A stretch of 16,332 nt of DNA from Candidatus Diapherotrites archaeon CG08_land_8_20_14_0_20_30_16 (lineage in GTDB: Archaea > Iainarchaeota > Iainarchaeia > Iainarchaeales > 0-14-0-20-30-16). Below, piece by piece: positions 6,873 through 14,552 of this stretch. The notes under the pieces were generated by a model. That model did not search any database, was not told the DNA's origin, and saw nothing but the letters and a program-made list of their open reading frames with translations. Both the position numbers and the translations under genes were made by a program. The stretch covers positions 1 through 16,332 of the forward strand of contig PEXK01000055.1 in assembly GCA_002779075.1 (NCBI GenBank). Reading direction: 5' to 3'. Every line of letters starts with the position of its first letter. The first letter of the stretch is position 1.

Positions 6873-6894
6873 TTATGGGTTTGATATATAGAAC

Positions 6895-7353
6895 ATGCAA
6901 AATCCCAATAAAGACTTAGAGATTGAGTTGATTCCTTGGGTACATACTTTTCGCTCAAATAACCATGCCAAAATTCTTGCCTATCTTGAAAGGGTACCTA
7001 AAGGATCTGTTCTCTTTGTTGAAATTCCAGAAGTGTCTTTAGATGCAACGCAAAATTTATTTCGACGAATTCAATCAGAATTAAGATTTAATGCAATTGA
7101 TGGAGCTTATTGGGAACTTTATAAATCTTATTTAAATTATATGAGGGAGTCTTTACTTACATATCTTGGAATATATACTGTTGCAGAAAAAAGAGGAATA
7201 CGATTAGTACCTATTGATACAAGTGTACGCAAAGACGGAAAAGAATTTTTACACAATAAAAGAAATCAAAATTTTATATTTTGCTCTATACCTTTTATTA
7301 ATAATGGATCTGTAATTAAATATTTTTCATTAGATTTTTCTACAAATCCGTGA
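6895..7353 (+). CDS. hypothetical protein (weak resemblance to a Tiki/TraB-superfamily N-terminal half; possibly truncated)
   Basis: 152-aa ORF with an ATG start and a TATA at -26. 'IELIPWVHTFRSNNHAKILAYLERVPKGSVLFVEIPE' loosely resembles the TraB/Tiki 'I.LvGtaHvs..s...v...i....PD.v.vEl' pattern. The last 29 codons overlap the convergent ATPase gene, so the 3' end is suspect. Confidence 0.4.
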   Translation: MQNPNKDLEIELIPWVHTFRSNNHAKILAYLERVPKGSVLFVEIPEVSLDATQNLFRRIQSELRFNAIDGAYWELYKSYLNYMRESLLTYLGIYTVAEKRGIRLVPIDTSVRKDGKEFLHNKRNQNFIFCSIPFINNGSVIKYFSLDFSTNP

Positions 7354-8348
7354 TAAAGCAAATCTTTCAAATACTTGCTCAGCTGTGAATCTGAAATTTT
7401 TCCAAATCGTAATAACATTTCTTTTTTTATTTGAGACCAATTAGATTTTCCCAACATTATCAATTTCATTAACTTTTGATATCGTTCACGGGATTTTTTT
7501 GTATTTAAAAATCTTTCAAATTCTTCATATGCTGTTCTTGAACCTATTTCTGCTACAATTTTTAAAGCATTTAGATGGTTTTTGTTTTCATCACACCTCA
7601 AATAACCATAATATGTGTGCCAACCAACAACGCCATCAAATTCCTCAATAACTTGATTTATTTCCTCTTTTGAAATTTTTTGGTTATATTGTTTAAAACC
7701 AGCTTCTAAGAATGCAAATGTTCTTTCTGGATCAAATCTTTCTGGTTTTAATTCAAAATACAATCTACCATACAATGGCGCTTTATCGTTACCTTTTCCT
7801 AAAAAATCTTCCAACAACCCTATCTCAGAACCAGTTAACACAACACCAATGTTTGGAAAATTATCATAAATGCCCGCTATAATCATATCAAAATTTATTC
7901 CTGATAAATATTGTGCTTCATCAAATGCTAATATCAAATTCTTTTTATTCGCTTCTCGCAACACAGTTAAAAAATCAGAATCATCTTTTATATCAAAATC
8001 CAAACTACCTTTAAAATATTCTTTGCCTAAACTTAAAGAAACTCTAGATATTTTTTTAATTATTTTTGAAACAATATCTTTATCCAAGACTTTTATTATT
8101 TCTTTAGCAAGAAAATCTAAAAACTGCCTTCTATCAGTATACGGAGCATATCTTACATCAATCAACACATAAGGCATATTGGATTCTTCCAATGCAACTT
8201 TTAAAATAGATGTTTTGCCTGTTCTTCTTAATCCCTTTATTACAATCAATCCTGATTTTTTATTTAACTGTTTTAATAAAGAGTCTAATAAATAATCCTC
8301 TCCAAATAAATCTTTTCTTTTTGATTTTGGTCGCTTATCAAATAACAT
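7266..8348 (-). CDS. archaeal AAA+ ATPase (COG1672 / PF01637-like) with C-terminal DUF234-like wHTH
   Basis: Walker A 'GLRRTGKTS', Walker B 'LILAFDEAQ', 'VLTGSEIG', and a C-terminal wHTH-like 'LSKYLKDLLYHGFVEKSNEKYLITDPLL'. The family-typical N-terminus 'MLFDKRPKSKRKDLFGED' begins at the internal ATG 8348. TTTATAAG (complement of 8371-8378) lies about 26 nt upstream of it. The 26 extra codons up to 8426 are hydrophobic junk. Confidence 0.88.
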   Translation of the reverse strand: MLFDKRPKSKRKDLFGEDYLLDSLLKQLNKKSGLIVIKGLRRTGKTSILKVALEESNMPYVLIDVRYAPYTDRRQFLDFLAKEIIKVLDKDIVSKIIKKISRVSLSLGKEYFKGSLDFDIKDDSDFLTVLREANKKNLILAFDEAQYLSGINFDMIIAGIYDNFPNIGVVLTGSEIGLLEDFLGKGNDKAPLYGRLYFELKPERFDPERTFAFLEAGFKQYNQKISKEEINQVIEEFDGVVGWHTYYGYLRCDENKNHLNALKIVAEIGSRTAYEEFERFLNTKKSRERYQKLMKLIMLGKSNWSQIKKEMLLRFGKISDSQLSKYLKDLLYHGFVEKSNEKYLITDPLLIKGIEQNIKF

Positions 8349-8370
8349 ACATACTAAATATATCGATAAG

Positions 8371-8378
8371 CTTATAAA
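8371..8378 (-). promoter_or_regulatory. TATA box for the COG1672-like ATPase
   Basis: The minus strand reads TTTATAAG, centred about 26 nt upstream of ATG 8348. This supports the shorter start. Confidence 0.4.
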
Positions 8379-8498
8379 TATTACTTCTGCCACACAAGAA
8401 GTTACTTCTAGTGGATAAGAAGCCATTACCCTACCATAAGATGTAATTTGTACTTTATATTAGTAACTAACATATTATGTTAGTAATTATGTTTACCT

Positions 8499-8864
8499 CT
8501 AGTAAATATCTGAACCTAATGCAACATCTTTATCTGGTATTAATAAAGAAACTATTTCTGTTCCATCTTCTAGTTTTTGACATGCTGCCAATAACATACC
8601 TTGAGAAACAAAAGGACCTAATTTTCTTAGTTCTAAATTAGAAACAACAATAACTTGTTTATTTTGTAATTGTTCTTTTGTATAATATGGTTTCAAACCC
8701 GCAACTAAAGTTCTTTTGTTTGGCTCTGCCAAATCAACAGTTAATTTATATAATTTATCTTTGCCTTCAATGTCTTCAACATTTAAAATAGTGCCTACTT
8801 TCAGTTTGATTTTAGAAAAGTCGTTATAAGAAATATTTTGAATTTCCTGAATTCCTTCAACCAT
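8499..8864 (-). CDS. standalone tRNA-binding domain protein (Trbp111 / CsaA / EMAP-II-like OB fold)
   Basis: 121 aa. 'FSKIKLKVGTILNVEDIEGKDKLYKLTVDLAEPNKRTLVAGLKPYYTKEQLQNKQVIVVSNLELRKLGPFVSQGMLLAA' follows the PF01588 pattern. SD-like AAGTGA lies 4 nt upstream of the ATG and overlaps the upstream stop codon. Confidence 0.85.
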   Translation of the reverse strand: MVEGIQEIQNISYNDFSKIKLKVGTILNVEDIEGKDKLYKLTVDLAEPNKRTLVAGLKPYYTKEQLQNKQVIVVSNLELRKLGPFVSQGMLLAACQKLEDGTEIVSLLIPDKDVALGSDIY

Positions 8865-8868
8865 AATC

Positions 8869-9141
8869 TCACTTAAGGTGTTCTTTTAGTTTTTCTAGTT
8901 TGTTTAACAACAGCCAGACATCTGATTTTGCATTCAAAGGAAGATTTGGATCTTCGCTAATGTCTTGCAAACCATAAATTGCCTCTGAAAGCTTTACTGT
9001 GTTCTTGGATTCTTTCTCTATCGTGTTCCCAATATTTTGCAAAATGATTTTTACATTTTTAGGAATCATTACATCTCCCAAAAGCATATTAATCAATTCT
9101 TTTGTCTCTGATACTTCTTTATCAAAATCAAATTCCGGCAT
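8869..9141 (-). CDS. UPF0147 family protein
   Basis: 'LLGDVMIPKNVKIILQNI...LQDISEDPNLPLNAKSDVWLLLNKLE' matches the UPF0147 pattern (D.svPrNiRr.a......L.dis.DpN.P.h.r..iW.....LE). The ORF-track start 9150 is GTG. ATG at 9141 is preceded by AAGTGATTTTT. Confidence 0.75.
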   Translation of the reverse strand: MPEFDFDKEVSETKELINMLLGDVMIPKNVKIILQNIGNTIEKESKNTVKLSEAIYGLQDISEDPNLPLNAKSDVWLLLNKLEKLKEHLK

Positions 9142-9244
9142 AAAAATCACTTCTCTTTTTTATGAGCTGTTGTACAATTTCTGATTTCCTTGAGGAAATT
9201 TACAACTGAACATAAAAATCACTTAATAAAATAAAACAAGGTAG

Positions 9245-9832
9245 TTACTTGTAAACTACCATTATTTTTTCTATCTCAATTGTATTAATTGGCGTCACTT
9301 TTTTTATTTTGGGGAATAAATCAGCAAAAAACTGTTTTGAGTCCAATGCCAGCTCTAAAACTTTTTCCAAAGTGTTTTCCTTTGCTAATTTTTTAACAAA
9401 GCTTACCAATTCTTTTCTAATTGTTTTAGTTTTTGAAACTTCTTGTTTGCCAAAAGTTACGCAAACAAATTTTATTTTAACCTGTCGCTTATCTTTTGTC
9501 TCTAAAGTAGTAATGACCTCTATTTTGCTTGTTCTTCGTCTAAATAATCTACGCAAATATCCTGATTTTACTTTAAAACCAGCAAAATCTGTTTGTGCAT
9601 TACTTCCTTCAGCTCTAGTAATTCTTAATTTTGCTTCTGTATTTTTGTTTCTCATTTGGTTAGTCAAAATACCTAAATTTATTTTTATTGTTCTGCCAAT
9701 AAGTTGTTCAGGTTTAACTGCAACCGTTTCCCCAAACTCTACATTTCCAAACTGTTTTGGACTAATCAACTTGTACTGTTTTTTCTTCTTCCATTTATCA
9801 ACAACTGCTCTTTTTTTCTGTTCTTCGGCCAT
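9245..9832 (-). CDS. rps3ae: 30S ribosomal protein eS1 (S3Ae)
   Basis: 195 aa. 'KKRAVVDKWKKKKQYKLISPKQFGNVEFGETVAVKPEQLIGRTIKINLGILT' is the S3Ae N-terminal signature. The SD AGGTGGGA lies immediately upstream of the ATG and overlaps the rps15 stop, which indicates an operon. Confidence 0.92.
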   Translation of the reverse strand: MAEEQKKRAVVDKWKKKKQYKLISPKQFGNVEFGETVAVKPEQLIGRTIKINLGILTNQMRNKNTEAKLRITRAEGSNAQTDFAGFKVKSGYLRRLFRRRTSKIEVITTLETKDKRQVKIKFVCVTFGKQEVSKTKTIRKELVSFVKKLAKENTLEKVLELALDSKQFFADLFPKIKKVTPINTIEIEKIMVVYK

Positions 9833-9840
9833 AGTCCCAC

Positions 9841-10434
9841 CTACTTTACCAAGATTGATGCCTGTTCTTCACTATATATCCAACCCTTAGGCAACTTTCT
9901 TGTGCGCTTGTAATACTTTGATAATCTTCTAATTTTTGATACTGTTTTCTGATACCCGTATTTAGAAGTCATATCTTTTGTATTTGATTTCATATGTTTA
10001 ATAAGTTTTACTGCCCTTTTTAACAAAGCAGACAGATCCTCTGGAATTTCTTGGGTCAATTTATTTTCATCTAAAATTAGAGTTATTGTTTTGCCACAAT
10101 ATTTTTTAACATTTAATATTTTATATTCAGAACGTAAAATCAGACCTATTTTTGAAGTAGTCAAACCATCATTATGTAATTCAATAATCTTTTTTGTCAA
10201 ATCAATTTTAGGCACTTGTGTTGCTTTCTTTTCAACAACTTCTTGCTGCGTTTTCAACTTAGAGTTTGAAACACTTTGTAAAGGATTTCTGATATCTGTC
10301 TGAAATCCTATACACTTCTTTGATTTTTCTTCTACTTTTGGTTTAGTAGCCTTTTCAATTATTTCTTCTGTTTTTAAGCCTCGCTTAGAGATTTCTTTTT
10401 CCTCTGAACCGGGCTTGGTAGTGTCTTTAACCAT
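9841..10434 (-). CDS. rps15: 30S ribosomal protein uS15 (S15P/S13e) with atypical N-terminal region
   Basis: The C-terminal 115 aa, 'LHNDGLTTSKIGLILRSEY...IPEDLSALLKRAVKLIKHMKSNTKDMTSKYGYQKTVSKIRRLSKYYKRTRKLPKGWIY', match archaeal S15. The ORF-track start 10467 is TTG and lies upstream of the TSS predicted from TATAAATA (complement of 10481-10488), so ATG 10434 is preferred. Confidence 0.88.
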   Translation of the reverse strand: MVKDTTKPGSEEKEISKRGLKTEEIIEKATKPKVEEKSKKCIGFQTDIRNPLQSVSNSKLKTQQEVVEKKATQVPKIDLTKKIIELHNDGLTTSKIGLILRSEYKILNVKKYCGKTITLILDENKLTQEIPEDLSALLKRAVKLIKHMKSNTKDMTSKYGYQKTVSKIRRLSKYYKRTRKLPKGWIYSEEQASILVK

Positions 10435-10529
10435 AACATCGCCAACCCTGCAATATGATAATTGCAAAATAATTAGATAATATATTTATAGTAAATAATG
10501 TTTATAAAGGAAACTGTCAAAAATCAAGA

Positions 10530-13500
10530 TTATTCTTCTTTTTCAACATTATAGTATGTCTCTTTAGTTTTTCCTTGTTTTTTTATTTCTAATTTTCTGC
10601 CAAATATAAACACCAAAACTATTAAAATACCTATGAACCCTAAACCAATATACAATGTCCAATCCGTACTTTTTTCTGTTTCGTCTGCTAATTGGGATAG
10701 TTTTGCAAAATATATAGCATCAACGAATTTATTTTCGTCAAAAGCGTTTTTTGCTTTAAAAAAGTCGACGGAAGTGTTTTTGCCAGCAGAAGATGCAAAA
10801 ACAATTTCAGCATTTGCTTTATTTCTCATTTCTGTTTGATACATTGTCAAAGAATCATCAATATCATCTATTGATGCAAAAAAATCATCAAATGATCCCG
10901 AATCAAAACTAATTATATCTTCAATTTCTTTGCTTGTTTCTTGATTCTTTGCCTCTTTATCCAATTCTATGAGCTTTTTTGTCACAGCACTTATTTTATT
11001 TTTAATTTGTGTTAAACTGGAAGACGAGAAACTAAAAGAAATTCCAAAGGATTTAATAGTAGCATAATGTTCAGAATTCAACTCCGAGTCAAAGAGAGAA
11101 TATTTTGACCACAAGTTATCTAATTTCTTTTTATAATTCTCATATTTAGACAAAAGGTCTTTTGTTTTTTGACTAACCTCTTTTGTGCTTTTAGCAAGTT
11201 TTTCAGAAACCGTTTCTTGCACTTCAGCATATGTTTTTAAAGAATCTAGTGCGTCTGAATAATTCCCTGAATTGATTTGTTGGCTTATTGAGGATGCTTT
11301 TCTTTCCAAAACCTCAAAATCAGTTTTATCATAAGCATTTGTTTTTTTGCTTTGTTTTTCTAAATCTTTTGTTTTCTTTAACAAAGAATTATACAAATCC
11401 AAAATATAATCTTCAATATTCTTTGTGTTTATTTTCAAACCTTCCAATATCTTTACCGCCCCTTTAATATCTCCTTGATTATATGTTACTTCCGCTTCTA
11501 AAAGTTTAGCATCAATTAATTCAATATCTAAATTCTTTGTAGCCTGAAAGCTATAATCAATCATCAAAATTTTAACGGTTTTGTCGTATTGCTCTTTTAT
11601 GTTTTTTATTCTATCTAGCGCCAATTTGTAACGTTCAACATATATTAAATTTATTTTCGCTTCGTCCAGCAAAGAGTTTACCTTTTTTCTTAATTCAAAA
11701 TATTTCTTTGATCTGGCAGTTAGCTCTTTAGTGTTTTTTATTACTTCTAATTCATTTAACAAAGGCTGAATTGCAGATTCTGGAATGAAAGAATACTGTC
11801 TAAGTTTGATTATATCTAAATACAAACCATTAAGATCCAAAATTGTATTTGCATCGTCCTTTATCTTTTTCTTTAAATAAAAATTAACAGTTTGCATAGG
11901 GTATAAATTGTTGTATATAAATTGTGGATTTGAATCCAAAATAACAGGCAATTTGTTCGAGTATTGATCTTTAAGTTCATATTCTGCGTTTTTATTATCA
12001 GAAAAGAGATCCAGAACAACTCTAGCTTTAGGTATTAGGAGATAAATATCACTTTTCAAGTTTATATCATAAATATAGTTGGTATACCTGTTTTCTACAA
12101 CTATATTTGATAAGGTGGAATTAATTAGTAGAGGTTTTTCTAAAAAATAATTCACAAAAACACATTTTTCTTTTGATGTGACGCTATTTAATAATAAAAA
12201 TAATTTGCTGGTTGTTATTTTTGAGGATACAAATTTAGAATCATCAGTAACATTCACATTTATTATTTTGTTCTCTGGTAATGGCAAATCAACACTATAA
12301 TCTGCTTTAAAACTTGGGGGCAAGCACAATTTGGTTTCCAAATACCCCAAACTTGAATTGGCAGAGAAACTCAGTATAGAGTATTCTGGATTTTGGACAT
12401 CAGAAACAATACTATAACTCATGTTTTTAGATAGGCAACCAAATTTCAATGTGAAATAACCTTCTGTTTTCTTTGCCCCTTTCAAACAATTAGAAGGAAT
12501 TATTTCTTTTATAAAATTTGCTGGAATCTTCACACTAAAATCGATTGTTTGTTGCGGAAAAAAATTGTTAAATGTCAATTTATTATTTTCTATGTTTACT
12601 TCATATTCTTTTTCAAAAATGCAACTGATACTTTTGTTTAAAATAGAATCAAATTTGTCAATAAAGTTTGACATGTTAACCATATATTTTTGGAGATCTG
12701 TTTCAGTAAGCAATACTGACAATGCAAAATCGTTAGTATATTTTGTCTGAATTTTATATTTTTCCTGCTCAGTTTTTATATTTACAAATTCATTATTAGT
12801 AAAACAAGAGCCAAAATTTACAACAGTATCAAAATTTTTAGAAATAAAATTTAGTCTGTCAAAGAGTAATTTTAAGGTTTTGTATTTGTCACTATTTTTT
12901 GCATCTGCTAATTTAGAAGACATCTCCTGCTCGCAAACACTTTCAATTATATTTCCTGTGTTTTGTGCAATACCTAAATTAATATTTAATCTGAAAATTG
13001 CTGAAAGACAATCCATTTTTAAATTCTCATCAAAATTAGGCAGAACTTGCGAGCAATATATTAATTTTTTTGCAGTATCGTCAGTATTAAAAAACAAATC
13101 TATATAACTTTGAATTACTGTTTTTTCTTGAGAAGGGGGATAGCCCGAAACCTTTTGTTTTATGTCTATAAGATCAGAAGTGCATAAAGAAATTAATGTT
13201 TTGTAATCTGTGTTTAAATAATTATCTACCTCTTGTTTTAAAGTTAAAAATTCATGACCATATATTAGCAAATAGTGATGTTTTTCTCCCAAAGTCAAAG
13301 AATTTATAGCATGCAATTTAGTGCTTAAAAGAGTGATTTTTGATTTTAAATCTTTTGGAGATTCTAGAATTTGATATTTTGAGTACAACACATCATAGAT
13401 TTTTTTATCACTCATCTTTTTATCAAAATTTTGTTCTAATTCTAAAATCTCTTTTGTCAATTCTGTTTGCTTTTTTTGTACATTTTCTTTTGCTTTTGTT

Positions 13501-14552
13501 ATATCAGAGTCCATATTATTTAACAATTTAAAAAAATCTTTATCACTAATTGATTTTGGGCCATGCGCTTTTGCAAATGCTTCTAACATACTGTGCAAAG
13601 TATTCAAATCATTCCATTTGTTGAGGTTTGTTTTTTGTGTAGTAATTTCTAATACATCACTAACTTGGGAAGCTATGCTTTCTGCCAATTCAAAGGCTTT
13701 AAAAAGTGCAACTACTGCTGGTATTGCCCCCGGAACTAATACTGCGCCTATACCAACGTTCCAACCAATCATGTTAGTAAAAAAGCTCAAATCAGAATTC
13801 TGTGTACTTAATTCGCTGATAGATTTCATAAGTATTTCATTTCCTTCTGGTGTTGAATAATAATTAATATAGAAATCTATGGTGTCTTTTGCTAAAGATT
13901 CCTTTACATTAATGGGTCTCCCTGTTGCCTTCTGAAATTCATTTAGAATAGCTATCAAATTCAAATAGTCTTTGTACAAATCAGTGTCTGACATCAAATC
14001 AACATTTAAATCTTCTAGTTCTTTCTTTGTTGAAAAAATTCCACTTAAAAAATATAATATCCCTTCTTTGTTATGATAATCTAGGTCTTGGGCGTTAGAT
14101 ATTATTTCTTTTTTGTATTTTGTAAAATCCCCATTTAAAAAAGAATCGCAACTTTTGTGTACTTGGTGATATGCAAAAGCTATAGTTTCTGCATTCTTCC
14201 AACCATTTATTACTGAATATCTAAAGTTGTTTGCTAATTGTTCTGTATTTGAACTCAGATTCTTATATTCTGCCTTAGAAGAAATGTTTTCATTAAATAT
14301 TGTTTCGCATTTTGAAAGGGGTAATTTTTCTATACTTGATTCTTTTGAAAAATCAATACAAATAGGATAACCTTTCGGTGTACTGCTAATTTCGTTGCAT
14401 AGTTTTATTGCTTCTGTATAGGATACGCATTCACTATCATCATCGGGGCCTAAACTACAAAACGAAATGCACCCAGAAAGCAAAAACAGAGTAATACAAA
14501 AAAAGAATGCAATTAAAAAAAGAATATTCTTATTAAGGTTTTTATATATCAT
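10530..14552 (-). CDS. giant (~1,340 aa) secreted/membrane-anchored surface protein, no recognisable family
   Basis: One uninterrupted 4-kb ORF. N-terminal signal with lipobox-like 'LFLLSGC'. Cys-rich region after the signal. Hydrophobic G/A/P-rich segment at ORF residues 266-289. Beta-looking middle part. Heptad-rich K/E/L region (about 10790-11765). C-terminal TM 'WTLYIGLGFIGILIVLVFIFG' followed by a K/R/E tail. The ORF-track start 14567 is GTG. ATG at 14552 (MIYKNLNK...) fits the TATA at 14581-14588 better. Confidence 0.85.
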   Translation of the reverse strand: MIYKNLNKNILFLIAFFFCITLFLLSGCISFCSLGPDDDSECVSYTEAIKLCNEISSTPKGYPICIDFSKESSIEKLPLSKCETIFNENISSKAEYKNLSSNTEQLANNFRYSVINGWKNAETIAFAYHQVHKSCDSFLNGDFTKYKKEIISNAQDLDYHNKEGILYFLSGIFSTKKELEDLNVDLMSDTDLYKDYLNLIAILNEFQKATGRPINVKESLAKDTIDFYINYYSTPEGNEILMKSISELSTQNSDLSFFTNMIGWNVGIGAVLVPGAIPAVVALFKAFELAESIASQVSDVLEITTQKTNLNKWNDLNTLHSMLEAFAKAHGPKSISDKDFFKLLNNMDSDITKAKENVQKKQTELTKEILELEQNFDKKMSDKKIYDVLYSKYQILESPKDLKSKITLLSTKLHAINSLTLGEKHHYLLIYGHEFLTLKQEVDNYLNTDYKTLISLCTSDLIDIKQKVSGYPPSQEKTVIQSYIDLFFNTDDTAKKLIYCSQVLPNFDENLKMDCLSAIFRLNINLGIAQNTGNIIESVCEQEMSSKLADAKNSDKYKTLKLLFDRLNFISKNFDTVVNFGSCFTNNEFVNIKTEQEKYKIQTKYTNDFALSVLLTETDLQKYMVNMSNFIDKFDSILNKSISCIFEKEYEVNIENNKLTFNNFFPQQTIDFSVKIPANFIKEIIPSNCLKGAKKTEGYFTLKFGCLSKNMSYSIVSDVQNPEYSILSFSANSSLGYLETKLCLPPSFKADYSVDLPLPENKIINVNVTDDSKFVSSKITTSKLFLLLNSVTSKEKCVFVNYFLEKPLLINSTLSNIVVENRYTNYIYDINLKSDIYLLIPKARVVLDLFSDNKNAEYELKDQYSNKLPVILDSNPQFIYNNLYPMQTVNFYLKKKIKDDANTILDLNGLYLDIIKLRQYSFIPESAIQPLLNELEVIKNTKELTARSKKYFELRKKVNSLLDEAKINLIYVERYKLALDRIKNIKEQYDKTVKILMIDYSFQATKNLDIELIDAKLLEAEVTYNQGDIKGAVKILEGLKINTKNIEDYILDLYNSLLKKTKDLEKQSKKTNAYDKTDFEVLERKASSISQQINSGNYSDALDSLKTYAEVQETVSEKLAKSTKEVSQKTKDLLSKYENYKKKLDNLWSKYSLFDSELNSEHYATIKSFGISFSFSSSSLTQIKNKISAVTKKLIELDKEAKNQETSKEIEDIISFDSGSFDDFFASIDDIDDSLTMYQTEMRNKANAEIVFASSAGKNTSVDFFKAKNAFDENKFVDAIYFAKLSQLADETEKSTDWTLYIGLGFIGILIVLVFIFGRKLEIKKQGKTKETYYNVEKEE

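Noticed and set aside
8349-8426. 26-codon N-terminal extension of the COG1672-like ATPase ORF (MASYPLEVTSCVAEVIFISLSIYLVC)
   Set aside because: The family-typical N-terminus MLFDKRPK starts at 8348 with a TATA box 26 nt upstream. That TATA would lie inside the extension, and the extension is hydrophobic with no homology pattern.
9309-9913. 193-aa and 69-aa plus-strand ORFs antisense to rps3ae / rps15
   Set aside because: They are low-complexity F/L/S/C-rich translations opposite two strongly supported ribosomal protein genes. This is the typical shadow-ORF pattern in AT-rich DNA.
10533-10661. PGF-CTERM / archaeosortase sorting signal at the C-terminus of the giant protein (IGLGFIG...FGRK)
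   Set aside because: There is no Pro-Gly-Phe tripeptide (it reads L-G-F). There is no Thr/Ser-rich linker before it, and a 22-residue charged tail follows the TM helix, which is longer than typical sorting signals. It was treated as a plain C-terminal TM anchor.
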